Assembly: GCA_965250005.1 (NCBI GenBank)
Contig: OZ252279.1
Location: forward strand, 810,001-842,000
Source: Demequinaceae bacterium
Lineage (GTDB): Bacteria > Actinomycetota > Actinomycetes > Actinomycetales > Demequinaceae
DNA length: 32,000 nucleotides
Direction of reading: 5' to 3'
Shown: in pieces, positions 24,689 through 32,000 of the stretch
How the letters are laid out: the number at the start of each line of letters is the position of its first letter
Position numbering within the stretch: position 1 is the first letter of the stretch
Notes under the pieces: generated by a model
What the model was told of the DNA's origin: nothing
Databases searched by the model: none
Seen by the model: only the letters and a program-made list of their open reading frames with translations
Made by a program: the position numbers and the translations under genes

Positions 24689-24968
24689 GCCCTCAAGAGT
24701 AAGGCTCGACGGGGTGCTTGAACATGGTCCGTTGCAAGATCTCGGCGCCGCGCGAAATCGTCAGGAACTGAAGAACTTGCGTACCGAACTCGGCTTAGTG
24801 CGCAGCGCCTCGTAGTCCGCATGCCACGGGTCACCACTCAAGTATGACCCCATCGCGCGCCGAGCATACCTCGAAGTTCGCGACTGAAGGATTCAATGGC
24901 TCGGCAACACCTGTACGAACTGGCCGCGTCGGCGTATGCGATCAGGCACCGATACGTGCTGGACCGGC

Positions 24969-27251
24969 CTACGGCCGATCGAGGAAGTCCTCACGCTCCG
25001 GCGCCAGCCATTCATCGATCGCTGACGCTAGAGCGGGGTGTCCACTTAGATCGGGGTCGGCGTCCACGATCTCGCGGGCGTCGGCGCGCGCCTGGTCAAT
25101 GACGTCCCGATCGCGCACGACGCGCAGGAGCTTGAGCGCGTTGCGTCCGCCCGACTGGGCGGCACCCAGAACATCGCCCTCACGCCGCAGCTCGAGATCC
25201 TTTTCGGCGAGCTTGAAGCCGTCAGTTGTCTGTGCGAGCGCGGAAAGGCGCTGGTGCGCGAGTGAGTCTTCGTCGGCTCGTGAGAGCAAAAGGCACAGCC
25301 CAGGAATGTCGGACCTCCCTACCCTTCCGCGGAGTTGATGCAACTGCGAAATCCCGAAGTGATCTGCGTCGAGGATCACCATGACTGAGGCCTCGGGCAC
25401 GTCCACGCCTACCTCGATCACGGTGGTCGAGACCAGGACGGGAACCTTGCCGGACTTGAAGCCGTCCATCACCGCATCCTTCTGCTCGGGCGCGAGGCGG
25501 CCGTGCATCACGCCAATGGCCATGCCAGCAAGTTCGGGACGCGACGCGAGCATCTGTGCAACCTCGGCGACGGCGTGCAAGGGGGCCTTGGGGGCGGGCG
25601 AGGCGGGCACGTCGCCGTCCAGCACGTCCTCCACATCCGTTACCTCGCTCAGGCCGTCCTCCTCGATCTGATCGCCGTCGATGCGCGCGCAGACCACGTA
25701 GGCGCGGCGCCCCGCATCCACCTCCTCGCGGATGCGGGCCCACGCCCGCTCCAGCCACGCGTGATTGTCGGCAGGGACTACGTGGGTCGTCACGTCAGCG
25801 CGACCTGCCGGTTTCTCGGTAAGCGTCGACGTCTCGAGGTCGCCGAATACGGTCATGGCCACGGTCCGCGGGATCGGCGTCGCTGTCATCACCAGCAGGT
25901 GCGGAGGCGTTGCGCCTCGACTGCGCAGCGCGTCACGCTGCTCGACACCGAACCTGTGCTGCTCGTCAACGACCACCAGGCCGAGATCCGCAAACTGCAC
26001 GGTTTCGCTCAGCAGCGCGTGCGTGCCCACCACAATTCCGGCGGCGCCGCCCGCGGCCTCGCCGAGCGCCGCGCGCCGCTCCTTCGACCCCTGCGATCCG
26101 GTCAGCAGGACAACCCGGGTGGCGTTCTTGGCCGCCGTCAGCATCCCTCCATCTGCAAGGTCACCCATGAGGTCCCGCAGCGTGCGCAAGTGCTGCGCGG
26201 CGAGCACCTCGGTGGGTGCCAGAAGCGTCGCCTGACCACCCGTCTCCACCACCTGCAGCATCGCGCGCAGCGCCACGACAGTCTTTCCCGATCCCACGTC
26301 GCCCTGGAGAAGTCGCTGCATGGGAACGTCGCGGCCAAGATCCTCGGCAATGGTGTGCCCCACGGCGCGCTGACCGTCCGTGAGCCCGAACGGCAGGCAG
26401 GCGTCAAGCGCCTCGACAAGACCGCCTGCGCGCGCTGGCCGCGCCACCGACGTGAGGGCCCGTGCGGCGACCCTGCGCCTTGCCAGGGCGCTCTGAAGCA
26501 CTAAGGCCTCCTCGTACTTGAGGCGAGCCTGGCCGCGGCGCCAGGCGTCGTCGTCGTCAGGAGTGTGCACGTCTCGGAACGCATCGAGCAGGGACGAGTG
26601 GCCGTGCCGCGCAAGCATCGCGCCGGGTACAGGATCGGGAACGTCGGCCTCCATCAGCGGATCCAGCAGCGTCCGCACTGAGCGGCCGATGCGCCACGTA
26701 GGGACGGCGGCCGTGGCGGGGTAAAACGGAATGGGGCGCGAGGCCTCGAGCACCGCATCTTCCTCGGAGTCGGCGTCGAGCCCCACAATCAAATAGTCTG
26801 GGTGGGTCAATTGGCGCCGCCCGCGATACTCTCCGACACTTCCCGTAAAGAGCCCTGTGCGTCCGGCTCGCAGTTTGTCCTCATGCATCCGCAACACGCC
26901 GGGACGCTTAGCGAAGAAGGTCAACTGGAGGGTGTCGCGCCCATCGGTCACGATGGCCTCGAGCATCGCTCCGGACCGCGCGCGCATCTGTCGAATGGTG
27001 GTCGATCGCACCTCCGCCATGATCGTGACGTGCTCCTTGAGCTTGAGCGACGCGATATCGCTAAACTCCCCTGGCTTGCCGTAGCGGCGCGGGTAGTGCC
27101 TTAGCAGGTCGCCTGCCGTCGTGAGCCCCAGCTTCCCAAGCGCGTTGGCCGTGCGAGTGCCCAGCACTTTTTGAATGGGTTCGGCGAGTCGGTTCGCCAC
27201 CCCGAAGCCGCCAGCAACTGAGGCAACGGAGGGCGACTCACGGCTGGTCAT
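24969..27251 (-). CDS. recG: ATP-dependent DNA helicase RecG
   Basis: Wedge/OB N-terminus. Helicase motifs: LLQGDVGSGKT, VVDEQHRFG, MTATPIPRT, HGRL...VLVSTTVIEVGVDVP, LHQLRGRVGR. The ATG overlaps the upstream stop (ATGA). Confidence 0.96.
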   Translation of the reverse strand: MTSRESPSVASVAGGFGVANRLAEPIQKVLGTRTANALGKLGLTTAGDLLRHYPRRYGKPGEFSDIASLKLKEHVTIMAEVRSTTIRQMRARSGAMLEAIVTDGRDTLQLTFFAKRPGVLRMHEDKLRAGRTGLFTGSVGEYRGRRQLTHPDYLIVGLDADSEEDAVLEASRPIPFYPATAAVPTWRIGRSVRTLLDPLMEADVPDPVPGAMLARHGHSSLLDAFRDVHTPDDDDAWRRGQARLKYEEALVLQSALARRRVAARALTSVARPARAGGLVEALDACLPFGLTDGQRAVGHTIAEDLGRDVPMQRLLQGDVGSGKTVVALRAMLQVVETGGQATLLAPTEVLAAQHLRTLRDLMGDLADGGMLTAAKNATRVVLLTGSQGSKERRAALGEAAGGAAGIVVGTHALLSETVQFADLGLVVVDEQHRFGVEQRDALRSRGATPPHLLVMTATPIPRTVAMTVFGDLETSTLTEKPAGRADVTTHVVPADNHAWLERAWARIREEVDAGRRAYVVCARIDGDQIEEDGLSEVTDVEDVLDGDVPASPAPKAPLHAVAEVAQMLASRPELAGMAIGVMHGRLAPEQKDAVMDGFKSGKVPVLVSTTVIEVGVDVPEASVMVILDADHFGISQLHQLRGRVGRSDIPGLCLLLSRADEDSLAHQRLSALAQTTDGFKLAEKDLELRREGDVLGAAQSGGRNALKLLRVVRDRDVIDQARADAREIVDADPDLSGHPALASAIDEWLAPEREDFLDRP

Positions 27252-28795
27252 GCGCCCATCGACTCCACTCCAAGAATGACGGCCGGGGCGATTTGCCTGC
27301 CCTGGAAGACGTGGACCTCAACGCCGGGAGCGCGGGCAGCGAGGCGCCGGGTCGCTGTTTCGGCGACGCCGGGGGTGATGCTCGCACCCAGGATGATCGT
27401 GGCGATTTCGGTCTCTTCCTTGACCAGGCGATCGAGATCGTCGGCGAGCGCGTCAACGGTCGAGCGTGCGGCGACTGTCCGCGCTGCAGCCGCGACCATT
27501 TCTGGCTCAGGACCCTTCTCGCGCGAAGACATCGCGGCCGCGGCCATAGCCGCGAGCATTTGCGGCTCGGTCGTAGAGTCGATCACCGCCACTGCGGGTA
27601 GTCCCTCGGTTCCGCGAATCGCCTCAGCTGCGGCATGAAGAGCGGGCGCTCCCGCTGCGATCACTACCCGCGCGCCCGACGCGTCCTTAACCACCCGCGC
27701 GAGGTCCACGCCATCGACGGCCATCGGATCCGGAACCACCAGTACGGCGGCTCCCATCCCCGAAACTTCCATGGCAAGTCCGGGGCACGTAGTAATGGCG
27801 ACCATCCCCACGGAGGCGCGGTCCGCCGCGTGCGTCGCCTTGATGTTGCGGACGACCATCTGCGTTGCCTGGGCTCGCTTGGCGACAGCGATTGCCATTT
27901 CCGGCTGATCCGTGTGGACGTGGGCCTGCCAAAGATCGTCCACTCCGGTCACCGCGACAGAGTCGCCGATCGCCTTCAGGGCCTTCTTAAGTTTGACGGG
28001 CTCCTCGTCGCTGCCAAGGTCGGGCACGATCAACCTCGTGTGCGCCACAAACATCACCTCGTAAGCGCCACTGCCCAACTCCGTCACGTAGTGTCTGGCT
28101 GCGGCATCCGCCGGGGTCTCGTCTCCCACACGGTCGCGTACCTCCCAGTCAACCTTGTCGATAGCAGCCAGAGCGTCGGGCCCGGCGATCGACTCAGCTA
28201 GTCGCTCCAGATGCAGCACGAGGCCCGCCGCACCTGCATCGACCACGCCTGCCTCGCGCGCGACCGCAAGCACGTCATGCGTTCGCGCCAACTCCGCACG
28301 GGCCGCCGCCACGGCGCCAACTGCTGCAGCCTCGACCGGCGCCTGGACATCAGCGGCGCCACGCCCTCCCTCAGCGGCTGCGCGCGCGACGGACAGGATG
28401 GTGCCGTCGACGGGGTCTCCTACCGCATCGAACGCAGCGACGGCGGCCAATTCGAGCGCATGCGCCAGCGCCTCAGCTGACGCGGTGTCGAGCCCGCCGT
28501 CGGCGTCAATTGACCGTAGAAAAGCGCTGAGGTACTGGGAAACAATAACCCCGGAGTTGCCTCGCGCTCCCATCAAACAGGCGCGCTCGAACGCGGAAAC
28601 CACCTGATCGTGGGACGCATCGGCGGGCAACAGTGCGACCGCCCGCGTGCCCTCCGTCAACGTCAGAAAAAGGTTCGTCCCGGTGTCAGAGTCCGCCACC
28701 GGGAAAACGTTGATGGCATCTAGCTGCTCTCGCGCGTCACCAACCGCGGCTGCGCCGGATTCGAGCCAGCGGCGAAGCCGCACTGCTTCCGCCAT
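27248..28795 (-). CDS. DAK2 domain-containing protein (YloV-like)
   Basis: INVFPVADSDTGTNL...ARGNSGVI motifs, in the canonical position upstream of recG. ATG 28795 follows GAGGAGG. The track's ATG 28816 sits upstream of that SD. Confidence 0.88.
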   Translation of the reverse strand: MAEAVRLRRWLESGAAAVGDAREQLDAINVFPVADSDTGTNLFLTLTEGTRAVALLPADASHDQVVSAFERACLMGARGNSGVIVSQYLSAFLRSIDADGGLDTASAEALAHALELAAVAAFDAVGDPVDGTILSVARAAAEGGRGAADVQAPVEAAAVGAVAAARAELARTHDVLAVAREAGVVDAGAAGLVLHLERLAESIAGPDALAAIDKVDWEVRDRVGDETPADAAARHYVTELGSGAYEVMFVAHTRLIVPDLGSDEEPVKLKKALKAIGDSVAVTGVDDLWQAHVHTDQPEMAIAVAKRAQATQMVVRNIKATHAADRASVGMVAITTCPGLAMEVSGMGAAVLVVPDPMAVDGVDLARVVKDASGARVVIAAGAPALHAAAEAIRGTEGLPAVAVIDSTTEPQMLAAMAAAAMSSREKGPEPEMVAAAARTVAARSTVDALADDLDRLVKEETEIATIILGASITPGVAETATRRLAARAPGVEVHVFQGRQIAPAVILGVESMGA

Positions 28796-28925
28796 CTCTC
28801 GGCCTCCTCGTCTCATTGGTGTAGTTCGCTGCCATCAGTCAACATGACGTGGCGCCTGGGCACCATCCTGGCACGCGTGCGGGTGTCTCAAGGCGGGCGC
28901 CACGATTGCAGAGACGAATTCGCGG

Positions 28926-28955
28926 TTTGTCCTTAGGGCACATCGTCGGCTACCC
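28926..28955 (+). promoter_or_regulatory. Candidate promoter for rpmB (TTGTCC, 18 nt spacer, TACCCT)
   Basis: A -35-like hexamer at 28926-28931 and a TAnnnT-type -10 at 28950-28955, about 80 nt upstream of GTG 29034. This is pattern match only. Confidence 0.25.
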
Positions 28956-29033
28956 TATTGCGGTTGCCCTCATAGGGGCGGCGCCCAAACTTGGCACGCG
29001 AATTGCGTGCAGCAAATGATCAGGAGAACCATC

Positions 29034-29225
29034 GTGGCAGCCAACTGCGAAGTATGCGGCAAGGGTCCGTCGTTCGGACACTCGATCTCGCACTCGCACG
29101 TGCGGACCAAGCGTCGCTGGAACCCCAACATCCAGCGCGTACGCGCACTGGTCGACGGCTCGCCCAAGCGCCTGAACGTGTGCACATCGTGCCTCAAGGC
29201 CGGCAAGGTTGTCCGCAACGTCTGA
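29034..29225 (+). CDS. rpmB: 50S ribosomal protein L28
   Basis: (M)[38 protein letters not shown] lies 7 nt before GTG 29034. Confidence 0.95.
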   Translation: MAANCEVCGKGPSFGHSISHSHVRTKRRWNPNIQRVRALVDGSPKRLNVCTSCLKAGKVVRNV

Positions 29226-29234
29226 GTGAGGTCA

Positions 29235-29258
29235 GCCGCGCGCGAGCGCCCGCGCGGC
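29235..29258. terminator. GC hairpin between the convergent genes rpmB and thiL
   Basis: GCCGCGCG-cgagcgcc-CGCGCGGC, an 8-bp perfect stem 10 nt after the rpmB stop. A second 9-bp inverted repeat, TTCGCGCAC-ctaaac-GTGCGCGAA (29295-29318), encloses the thiL stop codon. Confidence 0.4.
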
Positions 29259-29303
29259 CACCAGCAGTCGCAATTCTAGATCTACGTTCGCTTTTTCGCG
29301 CAC

Positions 29304-30275
29304 CTAAACGTGCGCGAAGTGATCCCAGCCCAAACTGGCGGGAACCTTTCCATCGACCAGCACCCCATCGTGGTTGCGAGTGCAACGGCCAACAGAGACC
29401 CAACCAGACGGAAGCGCTTGCTTCGGCGGGAATGTCGCGATCAGTTGGTGGTCCTCGCCCCCGGTTAACGCCCATTCGCGCGCGTTGCCGATGACCTCGT
29501 CCGCGACGTGCACAACTCCCCTGTGTATGGGCACCGCTGCGCTGTCGATCCAGATTCCTACGTCCGAACTGCGCGCAATCCTCGCCGCGTCAACCAGCAA
29601 GCCGTCGGAAATATCCATCATGGCGGTGGCATTGGCGCTGGATGCTTCGAGACCCGCGCCGACACGCGGCCTTGGCCGCAAGAACAGATTGATGGTCTCG
29701 GAGTCCACGTCGAGCATGTTCGATAGCTGGTGATAGCCCGCGACGGCCGCGCCAAGCGGACCCGAGACCGCAACAATATCCCCGAGATTTGCGCCACTGC
29801 GCCGCACCACTCGGCGTCCCATCGTGTCCCCGAGCACGGTCACGCTAACCGCGATTTCTTTGGCTGATGAGAGGTCTCCTCCGATAACGCCCACGCCGTG
29901 CGGCTCGCACGCTTCGCGCAGTCCATCGGCCAGCTCGAGCACCCAGGCCACCTGGGTGGACGCGGGAAGGGCAAGCGTGACCTGCATGGCGACCGGGACC
30001 GCACCCATCGCGTCTATGTCGGCTAGGTTCTGCGTCGCGGCTCGGAAGCCGACGTCTGCGCCCGTAGACCACTCGGCCCGGAAATGCTGGTCCTCAACGA
30101 GGACATCGCTCGATACCACCAGATCGCCTGTGAGTGAGAGAACAGCAGCATCGTCCCCCGGACCCAAAATGGCGGCGGATGTTTGTGGGAGCCTTGGGGA
30201 GAAGAGCGCAATGAGTTCATCTTCGCCAAGGTCAGCGATCTTCGGCACGTTCTCAAGGGTACGCGGCGGATTCAT
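29304..30275 (-). CDS. thiL: Thiamine-monophosphate kinase
   Basis: GEDELIALF...GPGDDAAVL...VSSDVLVEDQHF...IGGDLS (AIR-synthase-like fold motifs). Confidence 0.92.
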   Translation of the reverse strand: MNPPRTLENVPKIADLGEDELIALFSPRLPQTSAAILGPGDDAAVLSLTGDLVVSSDVLVEDQHFRAEWSTGADVGFRAATQNLADIDAMGAVPVAMQVTLALPASTQVAWVLELADGLREACEPHGVGVIGGDLSSAKEIAVSVTVLGDTMGRRVVRRSGANLGDIVAVSGPLGAAVAGYHQLSNMLDVDSETINLFLRPRPRVGAGLEASSANATAMMDISDGLLVDAARIARSSDVGIWIDSAAVPIHRGVVHVADEVIGNAREWALTGGEDHQLIATFPPKQALPSGWVSVGRCTRNHDGVLVDGKVPASLGWDHFAHV

Positions 30276-30294
30276 TTCGCGCTTGGCGGACGTC

Positions 30295-30669
30295 CTATTC
30301 GCACCAAACGCCCTGGACGGGAAATCTCACAACCGCTCCGTCGGCAGGCGACACGGGAACCTCCAACGGGCCGCTCCAGTCGTCGGTCCCCTCCGTGCGA
30401 ACGTAGAAGATCGCGGTGTCCGCCCCTTTGACGTAGTACGCCGGGATGGTGGCTGCGGGCCGGGCGAAGTAGATCTCCGTCGATGTTCCCTGCGACGGCT
30501 CGTTCACGCCCCCGAACACCTCAATAGGTACGGCGCAGTCGTTCACGAGGTCCAGGCCGCCAACACTGTGGCATCCGCTCAGCGCGGCGACCCCTACAAC
30601 CGCCATCGCGATCAGTGCCAATCCCCTTGGCGTGGGGCCCGGACCTCGCAAGTCTTCGGATCGCTTCAT
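30295..30669 (-). CDS. Putative lipoprotein (124 aa)
   Basis: MKRSEDLRGPGPTPRGLALIAMAVVGVAALSGC is a signal peptide with the lipobox LSGC. The stop lies 19 nt upstream of the thiL start. The upstream part of the track ORF is Arg/His-rich. Confidence 0.65.
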   Translation of the reverse strand: MKRSEDLRGPGPTPRGLALIAMAVVGVAALSGCHSVGGLDLVNDCAVPIEVFGGVNEPSQGTSTEIYFARPAATIPAYYVKGADTAIFYVRTEGTDDWSGPLEVPVSPADGAVVRFPVQGVWCE

Positions 30670-30847
30670 GACTCCATGTCTATCGGGGTGGCGCGCGCCG
30701 GGGTGGGTTCGTTGCCGCACCGTGGCCGTATCGTGGCCCGACCGAGGCCGTACCGTGACGATCGTTACCTAGGGGTTGCCAAGGACGGCGGCGCGGGCGA
30801 GCGGGCGCGGTGATTGGCGACTACGGCCGTAGCCCTAGGCTTGGAGA

Positions 30848-31336
30848 GTGACACGCCCAACAGTTTTCGCAAGAACTGGCATCGCCGTACTCGTCGCCGC
30901 ATCGGTGTCCGCATGTGCGGTCCCGCTGACCGTCCAACCGGCTCCGCACGCGGCGGACCCCGATTGTGCCCGCGTGATGCTCGCGGCGCCAGACACATTG
31001 GGCGGCCTCGACGCTCGCGGCACCACCGCCCAGGCTGCCGAGGCCTGGGGCGTCGAATTCCCGATCGTCGTGCGCTGTGGAATCGAGATTCCGACTCCGT
31101 CTACTGACACGTGTTTCACCATCGACACCGGCGGCTACAGCGCGGACTGGGTCCTCCAAGACTCCGACGACTACTGGATCGCCGCAACATACGGTCGCGA
31201 CCCGGCTGTCGAGGTCGTGGTGCCCAAGGCCCGCGCGGACCAGGCGCTCGCAGAAGTCCTCCAGGACCTCACGCCGTCGGTGGCACTCGCTCCCACGACG
31301 GGGCGCGCCTGCCTCACACGGACTGACGTCGCCTAG
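30848..31336 (+). CDS. DUF3515-like lipoprotein or membrane protein
   Basis: Signal peptide with VSAC lipobox. Conserved pattern as I recall it for DUF3515: DPDCARV...AAEAWG..PIVVRCGI...TYGRDPAVEVVVP. It sits between thiL and ddl, as in mycobacteria. The GTG start is uncertain. Confidence 0.7.
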   Translation: MTRPTVFARTGIAVLVAASVSACAVPLTVQPAPHAADPDCARVMLAAPDTLGGLDARGTTAQAAEAWGVEFPIVVRCGIEIPTPSTDTCFTIDTGGYSADWVLQDSDDYWIAATYGRDPAVEVVVPKARADQALAEVLQDLTPSVALAPTTGRACLTRTDVA

Positions 31337-31477
31337 CGCGCGCGTTTGTAAGCGCGAAACCGGGCGGTACGTAGTCCGCTGACCAAGTACCGTCAGCCGA
31401 CCTCAGAGACGGCTCCAGCGCGGCCAGGAGGCCCTAGAGCACGGAATAGGCGGGCCGCGATTAGGCGGACAACCGCC

Positions 31478-32000
31478 TTAGCGGAGCATCCCGGTGGGGC
31501 GCTCGAGCGCCGTGCGAAGCATGGTCTCGACTAGATCGGGGTAGTCGATGCCCGATTCGGCCCACATGCGCGGGTACATCGACGTGGGCGTGAAACCGGG
31601 CATCGTATTGATCTCGTTGACCACGACGGAGCCGTCGGCGCGCACGAACGAATCGACTCGCGCCAGTCCCTCCGCACCGATAGCCGCGAACGCGCGGCGC
31701 GCGTAGTCCTGCACCGTCGCGACCACGGCGGCATCGAGCTGCGCCGGGCAGATCAGGTCCACCGCCTCGTCGTCGAGGTACTTGGCATCGAAGTCGTAGA
31801 AGTCGTGGTCGCCACCGGTGACAACCTCCCCCGGCGGGCTCACCCGCACGCCAGTGCCGTCTGCAAACATCGGGCCGTCCTGAAGCACTGCGCACTCAAT
31901 CTCGCGGCCCTCGATGGCCACCTCTATGAGCACCTTCGGGTCATGCTCCGCCGCGCCCACGACCGCTACCTCGATCTCGTCCCACGCATCAACGCGCGAC
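31478..32000 (-). CDS. ddl: D-alanine--D-alanine ligase, C-terminal part (5' end off-window)
   Basis: ARVDSFVRADGSVVVNEINTMPGFTPTSMYPRMWAESGIDYPDLVETML. The frame is open to the window edge. Confidence 0.92.
   Translation of the reverse strand, partial: SRVDAWDEIEVAVVGAAEHDPKVLIEVAIEGREIECAVLQDGPMFADGTGVRVSPPGEVVTGGDHDFYDFDAKYLDDEAVDLICPAQLDAAVVATVQDYARRAFAAIGAEGLARVDSFVRADGSVVVNEINTMPGFTPTSMYPRMWAESGIDYPDLVETMLRTALERPTGMLR

Noticed and set aside
24761-24853. A 30-aa minus-strand sORF (MGSYLSGDPWHADYEALRTKPSSVRKFFSS) in the 280-nt recG-rsmD spacer.
   Set aside because: There is no SD at a usable distance and no hydrophobic or otherwise recognisable feature. At this length it is within chance expectation. 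It is worth only a conservation check.
25503-26504. A 333-aa plus-strand ORF.
   Set aside because: It is antisense to recG and is a shadow ORF.
29824-30813. A 329-aa plus-strand ORF.
   Set aside because: It is antisense to thiL and the lipoprotein gene. Its composition is Arg/Ser-rich.
1-32000. CRISPR arrays, rRNA genes, IS terminal inverted repeats and long tandem repeats.
   Set aside because: Nothing of this kind was apparent on reading the window. The repeats in 1-2100 are the protein-level YD repeats of the RHS gene, which are divergent at the DNA level.

Overview
This is a high-GC chromosomal segment, about 70% GC on hand-counted 60-nt lines, with gene content and order typical of Actinobacteria. 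It splits into two parts.

(1) nt 1-6.9 kb is accessory DNA.
- The 3' part of an RHS/YD-repeat polymorphic-toxin gene runs off the left edge.
- After a degenerate core-end motif (VDVLGF) the protein carries a 439-aa C-terminal region. Its last ~91 aa form a His/Glu-rich domain that I cannot assign to any toxin family, and this tip lies in a patch of much lower GC (about 50-53%).
- A 126-aa ORF overlaps the toxin stop by 1 nt (TAATG) and is the candidate immunity gene. A second small ORF follows it.
- Next come an N-terminally truncated replication-relaxation gene and a large serine recombinase.
- The recombinase reading frame has no stop before a tRNA-Ala(GGC) gene. It reads antisense through the whole tRNA and into the 3' end of the next gene.

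(2) nt 6.9-32 kb is conserved housekeeping backbone, almost all on the minus strand. The order is: histidine phosphatase, rsfS, P/A-rich tail-anchored protein, nadD, an untracked 51-aa membrane sORF, proA, proB, obg, [plus-strand membrane protein], rpmA, rplU, rne, [DevS/DosT-like GAF-GAF kinase on plus, convergent with a DosR-like regulator], mutM, rnc, rpmF, yceD, coaD, hypothetical, rsmD, recG, DAK2/YloV-like, rpmB(+), thiL, lipoprotein, DUF3515-like(+), ddl (partial).

I saw no CRISPR array, rRNA or obvious tandem repeats. The best candidates for something new are the RHS toxin tip with its coupled immunity ORF, and the recombinase/tRNA junction. All homology statements come from motif recognition by eye and memory, not from database searches.
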